NCBI GenBank assembly: GCA_034189385.1
Contig: JAXHVD010000003.1
Span: forward strand, 142,104 to 206,103
DNA length: 64,000 bases
DNA from: Thermodesulfobacteriota bacterium
GTDB lineage: Bacteria; Desulfobacterota; Desulfobacteria; Desulfobacterales; C00003060
Direction: 5' to 3'
The notes under the pieces were generated by a model. That model was not told the origin of the DNA, did not search any database, and worked only from the letters and a program-made list of their open reading frames with translations. Of the stretch, positions 19,372 to 28,234 are shown in pieces. The position numbers and the translations under genes were made by a program. The number at the start of each line of letters is the position of its first letter. The stretch's first letter is position 1.

Positions 19372-20159
19372 ATCTGACGACACTTCTCTTGATAACGAAC
19401 CTGACAGCGGCACTGGCCTACATGGCCTGCCTCTGGCCCGTGAGTCTCCTAAAAAAGGATGCGAGTATTGCAGACATTTTCTGGGGCCTCGGATTTGTGA
19501 TGATCGCCTGGCTGAGTTTTTTTCTGACGGATGGATATGTGGTGAGGAAAATGCTCATCGTCTCCCTTACGAGCATCTGGGGAATCCGCCTGTTTCTCCA
19601 CATATTGCTGCGAAACAAGGGAAAAGGGGAAGACCCCCGTTATGTGGCCATGCGAAAAAGCCGCGGCAAGAAGTTCTGGTGGGTCAGCCTGTTCACCGTT
19701 TTTCTCTTGCAAGGTTTCCTACTCTGGGTCGTCTCCATGCCCCTTCAGCTCGGTCAGTTGGCCCCCCTTCCCGCGGCATTCACGTGGCTGGATGGGCTCG
19801 GCCTCTTCATTTGGACGGTGGGATTCACCTTCGAAGCGGTCGGCGACTGGCAACTCGCTCGGTTTCTAAAGAACCCTGAAAACCGGGGATCTGTGATGAA
19901 TAGAGGTCTTTGGGCTTACAGCAGACACCCCAACTATTTTGGCGAATCATTGATCTGGTGGGGTGTATACGTCATCGCCTTAGCTGCGCCTGGAACCTTT
20001 TGGGGCATCATTGGTCCGGCAACCATCACGTTCCTTTTGTTGAAAGTATCGGGCGTGCCCATGCTTGAGGAAACCCTTCGGGAGCAGCCTGAATACAGGG
20101 CCTACATAGAGAAAACGAGCGCCTTCTTCCCCTGGTTTCCACGCAAAGACAAACCATGA
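19368..20159 (+). CDS. DUF1295 (steroid-5-alpha-reductase/ICMT-like) membrane protein
   Basis: Starts at an ATGA overlap with the MFS stop. Contains YSRHPNYFGESLIWWG. Confidence 0.8.
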   Translation: MNLTTLLLITNLTAALAYMACLWPVSLLKKDASIADIFWGLGFVMIAWLSFFLTDGYVVRKMLIVSLTSIWGIRLFLHILLRNKGKGEDPRYVAMRKSRGKKFWWVSLFTVFLLQGFLLWVVSMPLQLGQLAPLPAAFTWLDGLGLFIWTVGFTFEAVGDWQLARFLKNPENRGSVMNRGLWAYSRHPNYFGESLIWWGVYVIALAAPGTFWGIIGPATITFLLLKVSGVPMLEETLREQPEYRAYIEKTSAFFPWFPRKDKP

Positions 20160-20356
20160 AACATCTCATCGAATGGGCGGAGAAGGGGCTTCTGCCCGTT
20201 GGACACTGTGCCGTGGCCTCAACGGTGGCGCATCTTTTTCATGGCCTGCGCCGAGCCGTGGGGGTTTGAAAAGGGTCAGCCATGGCTGGTGTCCCATTAT
20301 CGGCTCCGCAAGGGATAGACAGGGCATCTAAAAGCGCCTCTGTAAAATCGGGAGGC

Positions 20357-21676
20357 TCATGTGCTTTTTCCGGAAGAAGGAGGCAGTTCGGGCAAAATGG
20401 GCGTGCTGCGACAAAACGGCTTTGCCATAAGCATTTGCACATTGCCCAGATAGCGTTCTTCAAATCCCCCTTCGCAGTAACAAAGGTAATACTCCCACAG
20501 CCGGATAAAGGTATCAGAGTAGCCCAAGGCACGGACCTGTTCGATATTTTCAAAGAAGCGCTGCCGCCATGCCCGCAGCGTTTTCGCATAGTGGGGGGTT
20601 AAATCCTCCAAGTGAACGACGCGCAGATCCGTGGAGCGCGCCACAGCCAGGCACATGGCGGTAAGGGACGGAATGCAGCTGCCAGGGAAGATATAGCGTT
20701 TGACGAAATCAACGGATCGCTTGTGCTGATCGTATACGGCATCTGCGATGGTGATGGCCTGAAGAAGCATCATGCCGTCTCTTTTCAAGAGCCTGCTGCA
20801 ACACTGAAAAAAGGTCTCCAGAAATTGATGGCCAACCGCTTCGATCATCTCAATGGAAACCACTTTGTCATAGAGGCCCTCCAGATCGCGATAGTCTTTC
20901 AAAAGGAGGGTGACCCGGTCGCCCAATCCCTCGCCGTCAATGTATTCTTTGGCCCATTCGAATTGGGCGGGGGAAATGGTGGTGGTGGTGACCCGACAGC
21001 CGTAATGCTGGGCCGCATGCATGGCAAACCCGCCCCATCCGGTGCCGATCTCCAGGACATGATCAGAGGATTGTAGATCCAGTTTCAGGCAAATGCGGTC
21101 ATATTTGGCCACGGAGGCCTCTCTGAGGGTGGACGCCTCCGTTTCGAAAATCCCGCACGAATAGGTCATGGTATCATCCAAAAAGAGCTGGTAGAAATCG
21201 TTTCCCAGGTCGTAGTGTGCCACGATATTGGCCCTGCTCCCTGCCCTTGTATTTTTGTTGAGCCAGTGAAACCACTGATGTATGGGCTCCATGAACCGTC
21301 CCCATCCGCTATCCATCTTCTCAAAGATGTGGCGGTTTAGAACCATGATCCGTATGACCATGGTCAAGTCATCGGCGGACCAGTCGCCAGCCATGTAAGC
21401 CTCAGCCGCTCCGATGCTGCCGCCCCATAGGGCCCTTCGGTAAAAACGGGGGTGGTGGATCGTCACGACCGCACGAAGGGGAAAATCTTCTGAAGCCTTT
21501 CCAAAGGCAAGGCGCTCGCCATTATCCTCCAGGAGAAGCTCACCAATGTCCACATCCTCCAATAGGGCCATCACCATCCTTTTGGCCAGGCGATTCAGAG
21601 GCCCCCGGACTAAGGCATGAGGTGGAGCCGTTCTGTCCGTCTCCGCGGGAATGATGGATGTTCTCATGATGTTCAT
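20357..21676 (-). CDS. cyclopropane-fatty-acyl-phospholipid synthase family SAM methyltransferase
   Basis: Contains AHYDLGNDFY, the SAM site VLEIGTGWGGFA, and YLCYCEGGFEERYLGNVQM. Confidence 0.9.
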   Translation of the reverse strand: MNIMRTSIIPAETDRTAPPHALVRGPLNRLAKRMVMALLEDVDIGELLLEDNGERLAFGKASEDFPLRAVVTIHHPRFYRRALWGGSIGAAEAYMAGDWSADDLTMVIRIMVLNRHIFEKMDSGWGRFMEPIHQWFHWLNKNTRAGSRANIVAHYDLGNDFYQLFLDDTMTYSCGIFETEASTLREASVAKYDRICLKLDLQSSDHVLEIGTGWGGFAMHAAQHYGCRVTTTTISPAQFEWAKEYIDGEGLGDRVTLLLKDYRDLEGLYDKVVSIEMIEAVGHQFLETFFQCCSRLLKRDGMMLLQAITIADAVYDQHKRSVDFVKRYIFPGSCIPSLTAMCLAVARSTDLRVVHLEDLTPHYAKTLRAWRQRFFENIEQVRALGYSDTFIRLWEYYLCYCEGGFEERYLGNVQMLMAKPFCRSTPILPELPPSSGKST

Positions 21677-22446
21677 GCCTCCTTGCCAGACAGTCGCTTG
21701 GCAGGATGCGTGTAAACCGGGGCCCCTTTCCACTTGAGGCGAAGGGCCTGCCAGTATATCATGGCCACGACCTTCAATGTCATGGGGGGGTAGGACAGCA
21801 ACACCCGTGCGAGGTTGTTGCTATTCAGCTCGCGCCGCTCCAAAGAGAGGGTGGCGTCAAAAAGCTTCTGCCTGACATCATGGAGGTTGAAATGAACCCG
21901 AATCTTCTGGTCCGGCTCCCGAAACCGCCAGTCATAATGCATCGCCATATCCATGAAAGGCGAAACGTGGAAACTTTTCACAAACCGAAACTGCTTCCAT
22001 CCCTTCAGGCCATGTTCATTCGCGGATTCTCCTAAGACATAGCAATGTTCCTCACCCCATGGGGTGTTATGGACTTCAGCGACAATCGTCTCCACCTTAT
22101 TCCCGGACCCATCGTAACAGTAGTAAAAGCTCACAGGATTGAAGTTATGCCCAAAATACCTTAGGTGGGTCAGCAACCGAATGGGCCCGGAAGGACGCCC
22201 TCCGAGCTCCTCCTCCACAAGATCCCTTACCGCACGATCTAAGGGAAGGCGCGGGTCCCCCAAATGGTCCCTCCGACGGAAATAGGCTAGATTGGGTGTG
22301 CCCACAGACCAGAACAGACGGCCATCAAAAACCCCGTCCAGTTCCGAAAGGTCCAGGTACACCATGAACAGCCTGTACCAAAAGGCGTTGGTCACCGGCC
22401 GGAAACGACGGTGGCGAACATGACCCTCGTAGATGCAGCTCACCAT
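21673..22446 (-). CDS. DUF1365 protein
   Basis: MVSCIYEGHVRHRRFRPVTNAFWYRLFMVYLDLSEL is a typical DUF1365 N-terminus. It has 4-nt overlaps with both neighbours. Confidence 0.85.
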   Translation of the reverse strand: MVSCIYEGHVRHRRFRPVTNAFWYRLFMVYLDLSELDGVFDGRLFWSVGTPNLAYFRRRDHLGDPRLPLDRAVRDLVEEELGGRPSGPIRLLTHLRYFGHNFNPVSFYYCYDGSGNKVETIVAEVHNTPWGEEHCYVLGESANEHGLKGWKQFRFVKSFHVSPFMDMAMHYDWRFREPDQKIRVHFNLHDVRQKLFDATLSLERRELNSNNLARVLLSYPPMTLKVVAMIYWQALRLKWKGAPVYTHPAKRLSGKEA

Positions 22447-22448
22447 GG

Positions 22449-23693
22449 CTAGAGCGTCTTTCCAAATGGCCGGCACACGGCAAGGGCGCTCTTCACACCG
22501 TCCTCGTGGAAGCCAAAACCCCAATAGGCCCCGCAAAAAGAGGTGCGATTGACGCCGTTGATCTCCTCATGACCCTCCTGCGCCTTCAGGCTCTGAGGAG
22601 TGTACACCGGATGATGATAGACCATCTGGTCAATCACACGTGCGGGGTCGATTCCCCCTGGATAATTAAGCGATACACAAAACTCCACAGGGGCTTTCAG
22701 ACTTTGCAGGATACTCATGTCGTAGGTGACCGCCACCCTGCCGGTGTGGGCCTTTGGCACATGGTAGTTCCAGCTCGCCCAGCACTCCCTCTTCTTGGGC
22801 AGTAACGTCTCATCGGTGTGAAGAACGGTCACGTTCTCCTGATAGGGCATGGCGCTGAGAATGCGGGCCTCTTCTTCTGAAGGGTCGGCCAGCAACGCCA
22901 GGGCCTGGTCACTGTGGGTGGCCATGACCACGTGATCAAAATGCTCGGGACCACCCCCCCCATGGACTACCTCCACGCGGTCTTCATGACGCGTTACTCT
23001 TTTTACCGCACAGGAAAGGCGGATGCGGTCTCGAAACCCCCTGGTGAGCTCATGAACATAATTCCTGGACCCGCCCCTTATGACGAGCCACTGGGGTTGA
23101 TCGGTCACGTTCAAAAACCCGTGGTTGTCAAAAAACCGGACAAAGAAACGGGCCGGAAAGTTCCAGAATTGATCAGGATCCGCAGACCAGATGGCCGCCC
23201 CCATGGGGATGATAAAGTCATGTATAAAGGCTTGGGAGTATCCCTCGGCCTTCAGATAGTCTCCCAAAGCCCTGTCATCTCCTCTCTCTCCAAGGATTTT
23301 TTTAGACCGCCTTCTAAAGCGGAAAATGTCCAATACCATCCGGTAGAAGGCAGGCCGAAAGAGATTCTTCCTCTGGGCGAAAAGGCTATTCAATGAACTG
23401 GGGCTATACTCCAAGCCACTTGTTTCCGACGTGACGCTGAAACTCATCTTAGACGGCTGCCAGGCAACAGCTAAGCGCTTCAAGAGTTTCAGGAAATTTG
23501 GATAGGTCTTTTCATTGAAAACGATAAAACCGGTGTCCACGGCATAGGTTTTACCGGCCTTCTCCACATCCACGGTGTGCGTGTGGCCGCCCACATAGTC
23601 GTTGGCCTCAAAGACGGTGATCTCATGGTCCTCACAAAGAAGATAGGCGCACACCAATCCCGATATCCCTGAACCGATAATGGCAATCTTCAT
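22449..23693 (-). CDS. NAD(P)/FAD-dependent oxidoreductase (amine-oxidase-like)
   Basis: MKIAIIGSGISGLVCAYLL...VFEANDYVGGHTHT is a dinucleotide-binding fold. Confidence 0.85.
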   Translation of the reverse strand: MKIAIIGSGISGLVCAYLLCEDHEITVFEANDYVGGHTHTVDVEKAGKTYAVDTGFIVFNEKTYPNFLKLLKRLAVAWQPSKMSFSVTSETSGLEYSPSSLNSLFAQRKNLFRPAFYRMVLDIFRFRRRSKKILGERGDDRALGDYLKAEGYSQAFIHDFIIPMGAAIWSADPDQFWNFPARFFVRFFDNHGFLNVTDQPQWLVIRGGSRNYVHELTRGFRDRIRLSCAVKRVTRHEDRVEVVHGGGGPEHFDHVVMATHSDQALALLADPSEEEARILSAMPYQENVTVLHTDETLLPKKRECWASWNYHVPKAHTGRVAVTYDMSILQSLKAPVEFCVSLNYPGGIDPARVIDQMVYHHPVYTPQSLKAQEGHEEINGVNRTSFCGAYWGFGFHEDGVKSALAVCRPFGKTL

Positions 23694-23735
23694 CTCTGAC
23701 TACCAAAAAGCGCTGTGGGTAGAACCATCCCTTTA

Positions 23736-24732
23736 TTATCCCGTCCCCTCTTTAACACCAGGGGCTAGGGCAGGCTTGTATATGTGGTCAGGCACCGGCC
23801 TCAGGTCCCAAACCATGCCAAGAAAGGCCATGAGCCGGAGCAGATAGTACGTGATGTCGATCTCCCACCCAAAAAAAACCCTGACGGGCCGAAATGGCAT
23901 AATGGTGATGGTTGTTGTGCCATCCCTCGCCCAAGGTGATAAGTGCCAGAAGGGCGTTGTCGCGACTTGTGTCCGGGGTGTCGTATCGTCTGTTGCCGAT
24001 CATATGATCCAGCGAGTTGATCGTAAAGGTTCCGTGGAACAGGGCCACAGTAGAAATCAGAAAACCCCAGACAAACATCTGCGCACCGTCTGTATTTAGC
24101 TGCGGTTGGGTCTCTGCCATCATCTCACCCAGCGCAAAGAGGGATAGGGCCAGAATAAACGGAATCACGGTGTCAAACCGGTTGATCCAGACCAGCTCTG
24201 GAAACTTGAACCAGTCTTTCACATAGCGTTTTCTCGTGGGAAAATTTCGCCTGGAGGTTATCCAGCCCACGTGGCTCCACCAAAAGCCGTGCAGAGAAGG
24301 GGAATGAATGTCTGCCTCTTGGTCGGCAAACCGGTGGTGGTGGCGATGATGGGCCGCCCACCAGAGCGGCTCCCGCTGAACAGAGGCGTTTCCGGCCACC
24401 GCAAAGAGGAATTGCCAGAAGCGGTTGGTCTTAAAGGCACGATGGGAGAAATACCGGTGGTAGAATCCCGTGATGGCAAACATGCGTAACACATATAGCG
24501 CCAATGCCACCCCCACTGCAGTCCAGCTCCATCCCACCACAAATACCAAGAGGCAAGATAGGTGCAGAAGTGCGAATGGGGCCACCCGCAACCAGTCTAT
24601 ACCGGAAGCACGTTCATCCTCTGTGGCCCCTGCACCTGCTTCAGAGTCGAACCATCGGACAATCGAAAGTAGGGCATCTGAGTGACTCGTCTTCTCTCTT
24701 CGTTTTGCCTGCCTGTTCATTTTACATTTCAA
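23736..24732 (-). pseudogene. membrane delta-9-type fatty acid desaturase with an apparent 1-nt insertion near the 3' end
   Basis: His boxes HRYFSH, HHRHHH and HNNHHH are present. The track ORF ends aberrantly (..QGFFWVGDRHHVLSAP..). Removing one G in tgggtggg (about 23866-23873) restores ..GFFWWEIDITYYLLRLMAFLGMVWDLRPVP.., with the stop at 23736-23738. Confidence 0.8.
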
Positions 24733-24777
24733 TAGACATATTTCGCAATAAGCGTAGCACTTGAACGGAAAAAATGA

Positions 24778-24818
24778 ATAGGGTCTTATGTGTATTTAGG
24801 TGTCAAGAAGACCGTAAT
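24778..24818 (-). promoter_or_regulatory. site F of the 41-bp bipartite motif
   Basis: Minus strand: ATTACG-gtcttcttgacacct-AAATACAC-ataag-ACCCTAT, 46 nt upstream of the desaturase start codon. Confidence 0.5.
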
Positions 24819-24938
24819 TTTTTTGCTTGGAATGGCCGAAAAAATGGCATATTGATAGCTGAAGCGGCTGCCTTTGTTAAATAAGGGAGGACCCGAAGGC
24901 TGAAACAGTCCGGTAATCGAAAACGCTTCATTTGCTGG

Positions 24939-25367
24939 ATGATAGGGATCTCTTTTATCCTGACGTTAGTGCAGTGTTCGGGAATCAGAAGTGACATGAT
25001 AGGTATCCTTGACGGAAGGTTTAGCCCCTGTCCTGAATCGCCCAATTGCGTTTCTTCTCAAAGCGACGATCCATCACACTTCATTGAGCCCCTGGACTAT
25101 GAAGGTTCATTGATGGCGTCTCGACAACATCTTCTAGACATCTTGAAGTCCATGCGTGGCGCAGAAGTGATCACTGAGACAGAAACCTACATCCACGCCA
25201 CCTTTACGTCCCGCATCTTCCGGTTTGTAGACGATGTGGAATTCTATTTTGTTCAGGATGTCCCCGTCATCCATGTGCGATCGGCTTCTCGGGTGGGCTA
25301 TTCCGATCTGGGGGTGAATCGGAAAAGGGTTGAGAAAATCCGCAAAGCTTTTAGATCGTTAACGTGA
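24939..25367 (+). CDS. DUF1499 lipoprotein (copy 1)
   Basis: Contains the lipobox LTLVQC, SPCPESPNCVSSQSDD, and VDDVEFYF...IHVRSASRVGYSDLGVNRKRVE. Confidence 0.8.
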   Translation: MIGISFILTLVQCSGIRSDMIGILDGRFSPCPESPNCVSSQSDDPSHFIEPLDYEGSLMASRQHLLDILKSMRGAEVITETETYIHATFTSRIFRFVDDVEFYFVQDVPVIHVRSASRVGYSDLGVNRKRVEKIRKAFRSLT

Positions 25368-25408
25368 CCTTTCCCCGTTCTCTCATCGCCATCCCACCTG
25401 CCTGTTTG

Positions 25409-26677
25409 TCAGACGCCCAAATCATGTATGACGGCCTCGGCGGCCTTCCCTCCGGAATAGAGCGCCCATTGAATGGACGGGACATTCTGGTATTCTCCAC
25501 ACACGTAGACACCCTTCCTGACACGAGGATCGACTCCCAGCGGATCAGGTGTGGGGGGGCTTTGTAGGGGCAGGCCGTGGGCGATGTAAAAGGTCTTCAA
25601 CAGCCGCCAGATACGGGTTCTCTCTCCATACCAACGGGCCAGCTCTTCTCTTACATCTCTTTCAAGGGACTCTGCGTCTTCCACCGAGGCGTGGAGCACC
25701 GTCACCACGATCAAAGACTGCCCGCGCGGCGCATAGGAGGGGGCCACATTGCTCACAACGCTCAAGTTGTTGATAAGACCGTCCCCGTCTCCATTGATCA
25801 CCAGGAGCTTATCCCGAAGGGGAGGTTCTGAAGCGGCAAAATAGAGACAATGGACCCCGCATGACGGCCCTAAGACACCTGTCTGGAGCAGTCTGCTGGC
25901 CTGCGGGCCATTCGTAGCCACGACAACACCCCGACAGGGGATGCTTGGCCCCCCCTCAAGCTTGACCCAGCCTTCGCCCACGGCATCAACGACGGTGCCA
26001 ACGCGAATAGACCCTTCAGGGATGTCTGCTGCCAACTGGGACGGAATGGCGGCCATGCCTTTTGCAGGCAGTGCTGCATCTCCGAGGGCCAGTATCTTGA
26101 AGACGAATTCAAAAACCCGGCTCGATGCGGAAATGTTCGGGTCCAGGCATACGCCGCTGAAAAAAGGCCTGAAAAAGGTCTCTATCATTCTATCCGAAAA
26201 ACCCTCTTTTCTAAGATAGTCCAGGGTCGGCATCTCGGCACGGCAAAAAAGGACCCGCTCGTCCAGCCGCCGTATGCGGTTGACCAGCCGAACAAGGCGC
26301 CATTTGTCTCCCGGGGTTCCCACAGGCGATAGGAGCGTGTCCAAGGCGTACCGCGGGCATCTGAGAGGGTCTGCCACACGATAGAACCTTTTTCTGAAAC
26401 GGATCACTGCTCCCGAGTCAAAGGCCCGGAGCCTCAACAGGGGGTAGTTGAGGGTCTTTTTGGCTTCCGAGTAGGCCCTCTGCAACACCTGAAAACCGTG
26501 GTCCAGGACAAAACCGTCTACCCGGTCTGTCTTCAGTCGCCCCCCAATTCTGTCACAAGCTTCCAGCACGGTAACCGAAAACCCTTCTTTGGAAAGCCTC
26601 CTGGCGCAGGCCAATCCCGCGAGCCCCGCACCGACCACAATCACATCATTGGCCAGTCTGGATTTCCTTGCCTCCAT
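25409..26677 (-). CDS. NAD(P)/FAD-dependent oxidoreductase (amine oxidase/phytoene-desaturase-like)
   Basis: Contains DVIVVGAGLAGLACARRLSKEGFSVTVLEACDRIGGR. Confidence 0.8.
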   Translation of the reverse strand: MEARKSRLANDVIVVGAGLAGLACARRLSKEGFSVTVLEACDRIGGRLKTDRVDGFVLDHGFQVLQRAYSEAKKTLNYPLLRLRAFDSGAVIRFRKRFYRVADPLRCPRYALDTLLSPVGTPGDKWRLVRLVNRIRRLDERVLFCRAEMPTLDYLRKEGFSDRMIETFFRPFFSGVCLDPNISASSRVFEFVFKILALGDAALPAKGMAAIPSQLAADIPEGSIRVGTVVDAVGEGWVKLEGGPSIPCRGVVVATNGPQASRLLQTGVLGPSCGVHCLYFAASEPPLRDKLLVINGDGDGLINNLSVVSNVAPSYAPRGQSLIVVTVLHASVEDAESLERDVREELARWYGERTRIWRLLKTFYIAHGLPLQSPPTPDPLGVDPRVRKGVYVCGEYQNVPSIQWALYSGGKAAEAVIHDLGV

Positions 26678-26713
26678 GTCTGCCTACCTTTCCTGTTTGA
26701 ATGCAGTTCATAA

Positions 26714-26754
26714 AATACCCTATTGATCATAAACAAATACACACTTTACCCCAT
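26714..26754 (+). promoter_or_regulatory. site D of the 41-bp bipartite motif
   Basis: AATACC-ctattgatcataaac-AAATACAC-acttt-ACCCCAT, 84 nt upstream of the Sec-peroxiredoxin start. Confidence 0.5.
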
Positions 26755-26837
26755 TGTGGCCACACAAATTCCATGATTTGAAGGAGAGGGAAATCTCGCA
26801 TGGCCGGTGACCTTCCGGTGATAGAGAGGGGGGTGAG

Positions 26838-27356
26838 ATGAACAGATTCATACCGTTTATCAGCATACTACTCATGGCAATCACACCGTCTTTGGCATTG
26901 GGCCTCCATATCGGTGACACGGCCCCTGTATTCCAAGCCAGCTCTACAGAGGGAACAATCCGTCTCGTCGACTACCTGGGCAAGAAAAACGTCGTCCTGG
27001 CACTCTATTTTGCGGCTTTTACGTCTGTCTGAACGGACGAGCTGATCGCTTTCCAGCGGGATCTGGAAAAATTCGAGCACGAAGATGCTATCATTTTGGG
27101 CGTAAGCAAAGATAGTATGAAAACAAGCAAACGGTTTGCCAAGGAATACGGGATCGGTTTTCCTTTGATATCAGATAGCGACAAGAAAATCAGACGACTC
27201 TATGGAGGAGGGCGCGTTACCTATCTCATCGACAAGAACGGCGTGATCAGATTCATTCAAAAGGGGGTCCCTGACAACAACCTGTTCCTGAAGGAATTGA
27301 AGAGACTACGTGACGCCAACATGGCCATTCAAGAAGGGGGCAGCACAACAGATTGA
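26838..27356 (+). CDS. exported Bcp/PrxQ-type peroxiredoxin with selenocysteine at the peroxidatic position (in-frame TGA 27030-27032)
   Basis: ORFs 26838..27032 and 27096..27356 are in one frame. The joined context is VVLALYFAAFTSV-U-TDELIAFQRDLEKF, compared with the FTPGCTxE peroxiredoxin active site. The N-terminus has a signal peptide. Confidence 0.8.
27044..27063 (+). promoter_or_regulatory. weak SECIS-like hairpin after the peroxiredoxin UGA
   Basis: gatcgct-ttcc-agcgggatc forms a stem with a GG bulge, starting 12 nt after the UGA. Confidence 0.3.
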
Positions 27357-27434
27357 AGCGCCCTGCAGCAAGCTGTTATGCAACGGGCTCTGTTGCGGTT
27401 CAACGGAAGCATACAAAGGGAGGTGACAAGCGAC

Positions 27435-27761
27435 ATGGAAGACGCCACTATCATACGCGTTTCTGCGCAAGAGGCAAAAGAGATGGTTGAGGCAGAATCA
27501 GGTCTGCTGGTCTGTGCCTATGATGACGAAGACAAATTCAAGCGAAATCATCTATCAGGCGCGATATCGCTTGCCGAATTCAGATCAAGACTCACATCCA
27601 TCCCCCGAGACCGAGAAATCGTCTTCTACTGTGCCTGACCCAAAGAAGCGAGTGCTGCCGGGCGCGCAGTGGAATACTTGAAGATGGGCTACGACAATGT
27701 GAAGGTCTTGGGTGGCGGTGTCACGGGCTGGAAAGAGGCGGGATATCCCATTGAGGATTAA
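27435..27761 (+). CDS. single-domain rhodanese with selenocysteine in the active-site loop (in-frame TGA 27636-27638)
   Basis: The ORF ends at ..EIVFYCA-TGA. The same frame continues PKEASAAGRAVEYLKMGYDNVKVLGGGVTGWKEAGYPIED-TAA (27759-27761), which is the conserved rhodanese C-terminal half. ATG 27435 follows AGGGAGGTG. Confidence 0.75.
27653..27671 (+). promoter_or_regulatory. SECIS-like hairpin after the rhodanese UGA
   Basis: tgctgc-cgggcgc-gcagtg forms a 6-bp stem (including G-U pairs) with a GG-containing loop, 15 nt after the UGA. Confidence 0.4.
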
Positions 27762-27799
27762 CGAGACTTGGGAGCCACTAGAAGGCGAGATCACGCATC

Positions 27800-28234
27800 T
27801 TATTCGCCTTCTCCCGTAGCCGAAACGGCAGAAGGGATCTCATCCTCTAGCATGGCTGCAATGCGAACAATGGCCTGCCTGCAGACCACGACGTAAGGGG
27901 CACCGAATATTGGCACTTCAAATGTGAGGCGGCAGAGGCCTTGAGTGACCTCTTCAACCCGATGGCCCGTGGCACGAATGCCGAAGACTTCCCATGACCA
28001 GTACCTCTCATCTTTGAAATCCGTAATGACAAAGGGGACCCACAGACCCAAGGCGGTCTTCACAAGGCCCCGAGATCCCTTTCGAATCGGACGATCTGAA
28101 CAACGTACCTGAACAACAGAAGGGCCCCATGCTGGCCAATGGGTCGTGTCCGTGAGGACGTCCCAAATGGCCCTGCGTGAAGCCCTCACGCAATGGCTAA
28201 TCTCAATGTGGGGAAAGTTTATTTTCGTCTTCAT
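27800..28234 (-). CDS. SRPBCC (START/polyketide-cyclase-like) domain protein
   Basis: 144 aa with SRRAIWDVLTDTTHWPAWGPSV, a typical SRPBCC N-terminus. Confidence 0.7.
   Translation of the reverse strand: MKTKINFPHIEISHCVRASRRAIWDVLTDTTHWPAWGPSVVQVRCSDRPIRKGSRGLVKTALGLWVPFVITDFKDERYWSWEVFGIRATGHRVEEVTQGLCRLTFEVPIFGAPYVVVCRQAIVRIAAMLEDEIPSAVSATGEGE

Noticed and set aside
20155-20268. A 37-codon + strand ORF ([20 protein letters not shown]...) starting at an ATGA overlap with DUF1295. Its first residues reminded me of the N-terminus (..AE+GLLPD..) of some CFA-synthase-family proteins, so it might be a gene remnant.
   Set aside because: The similarity covers only about 10 residues recalled from memory. 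The rest does not match in any frame, and it runs into the 3' end of the convergent methylase gene. This is too weak to call.
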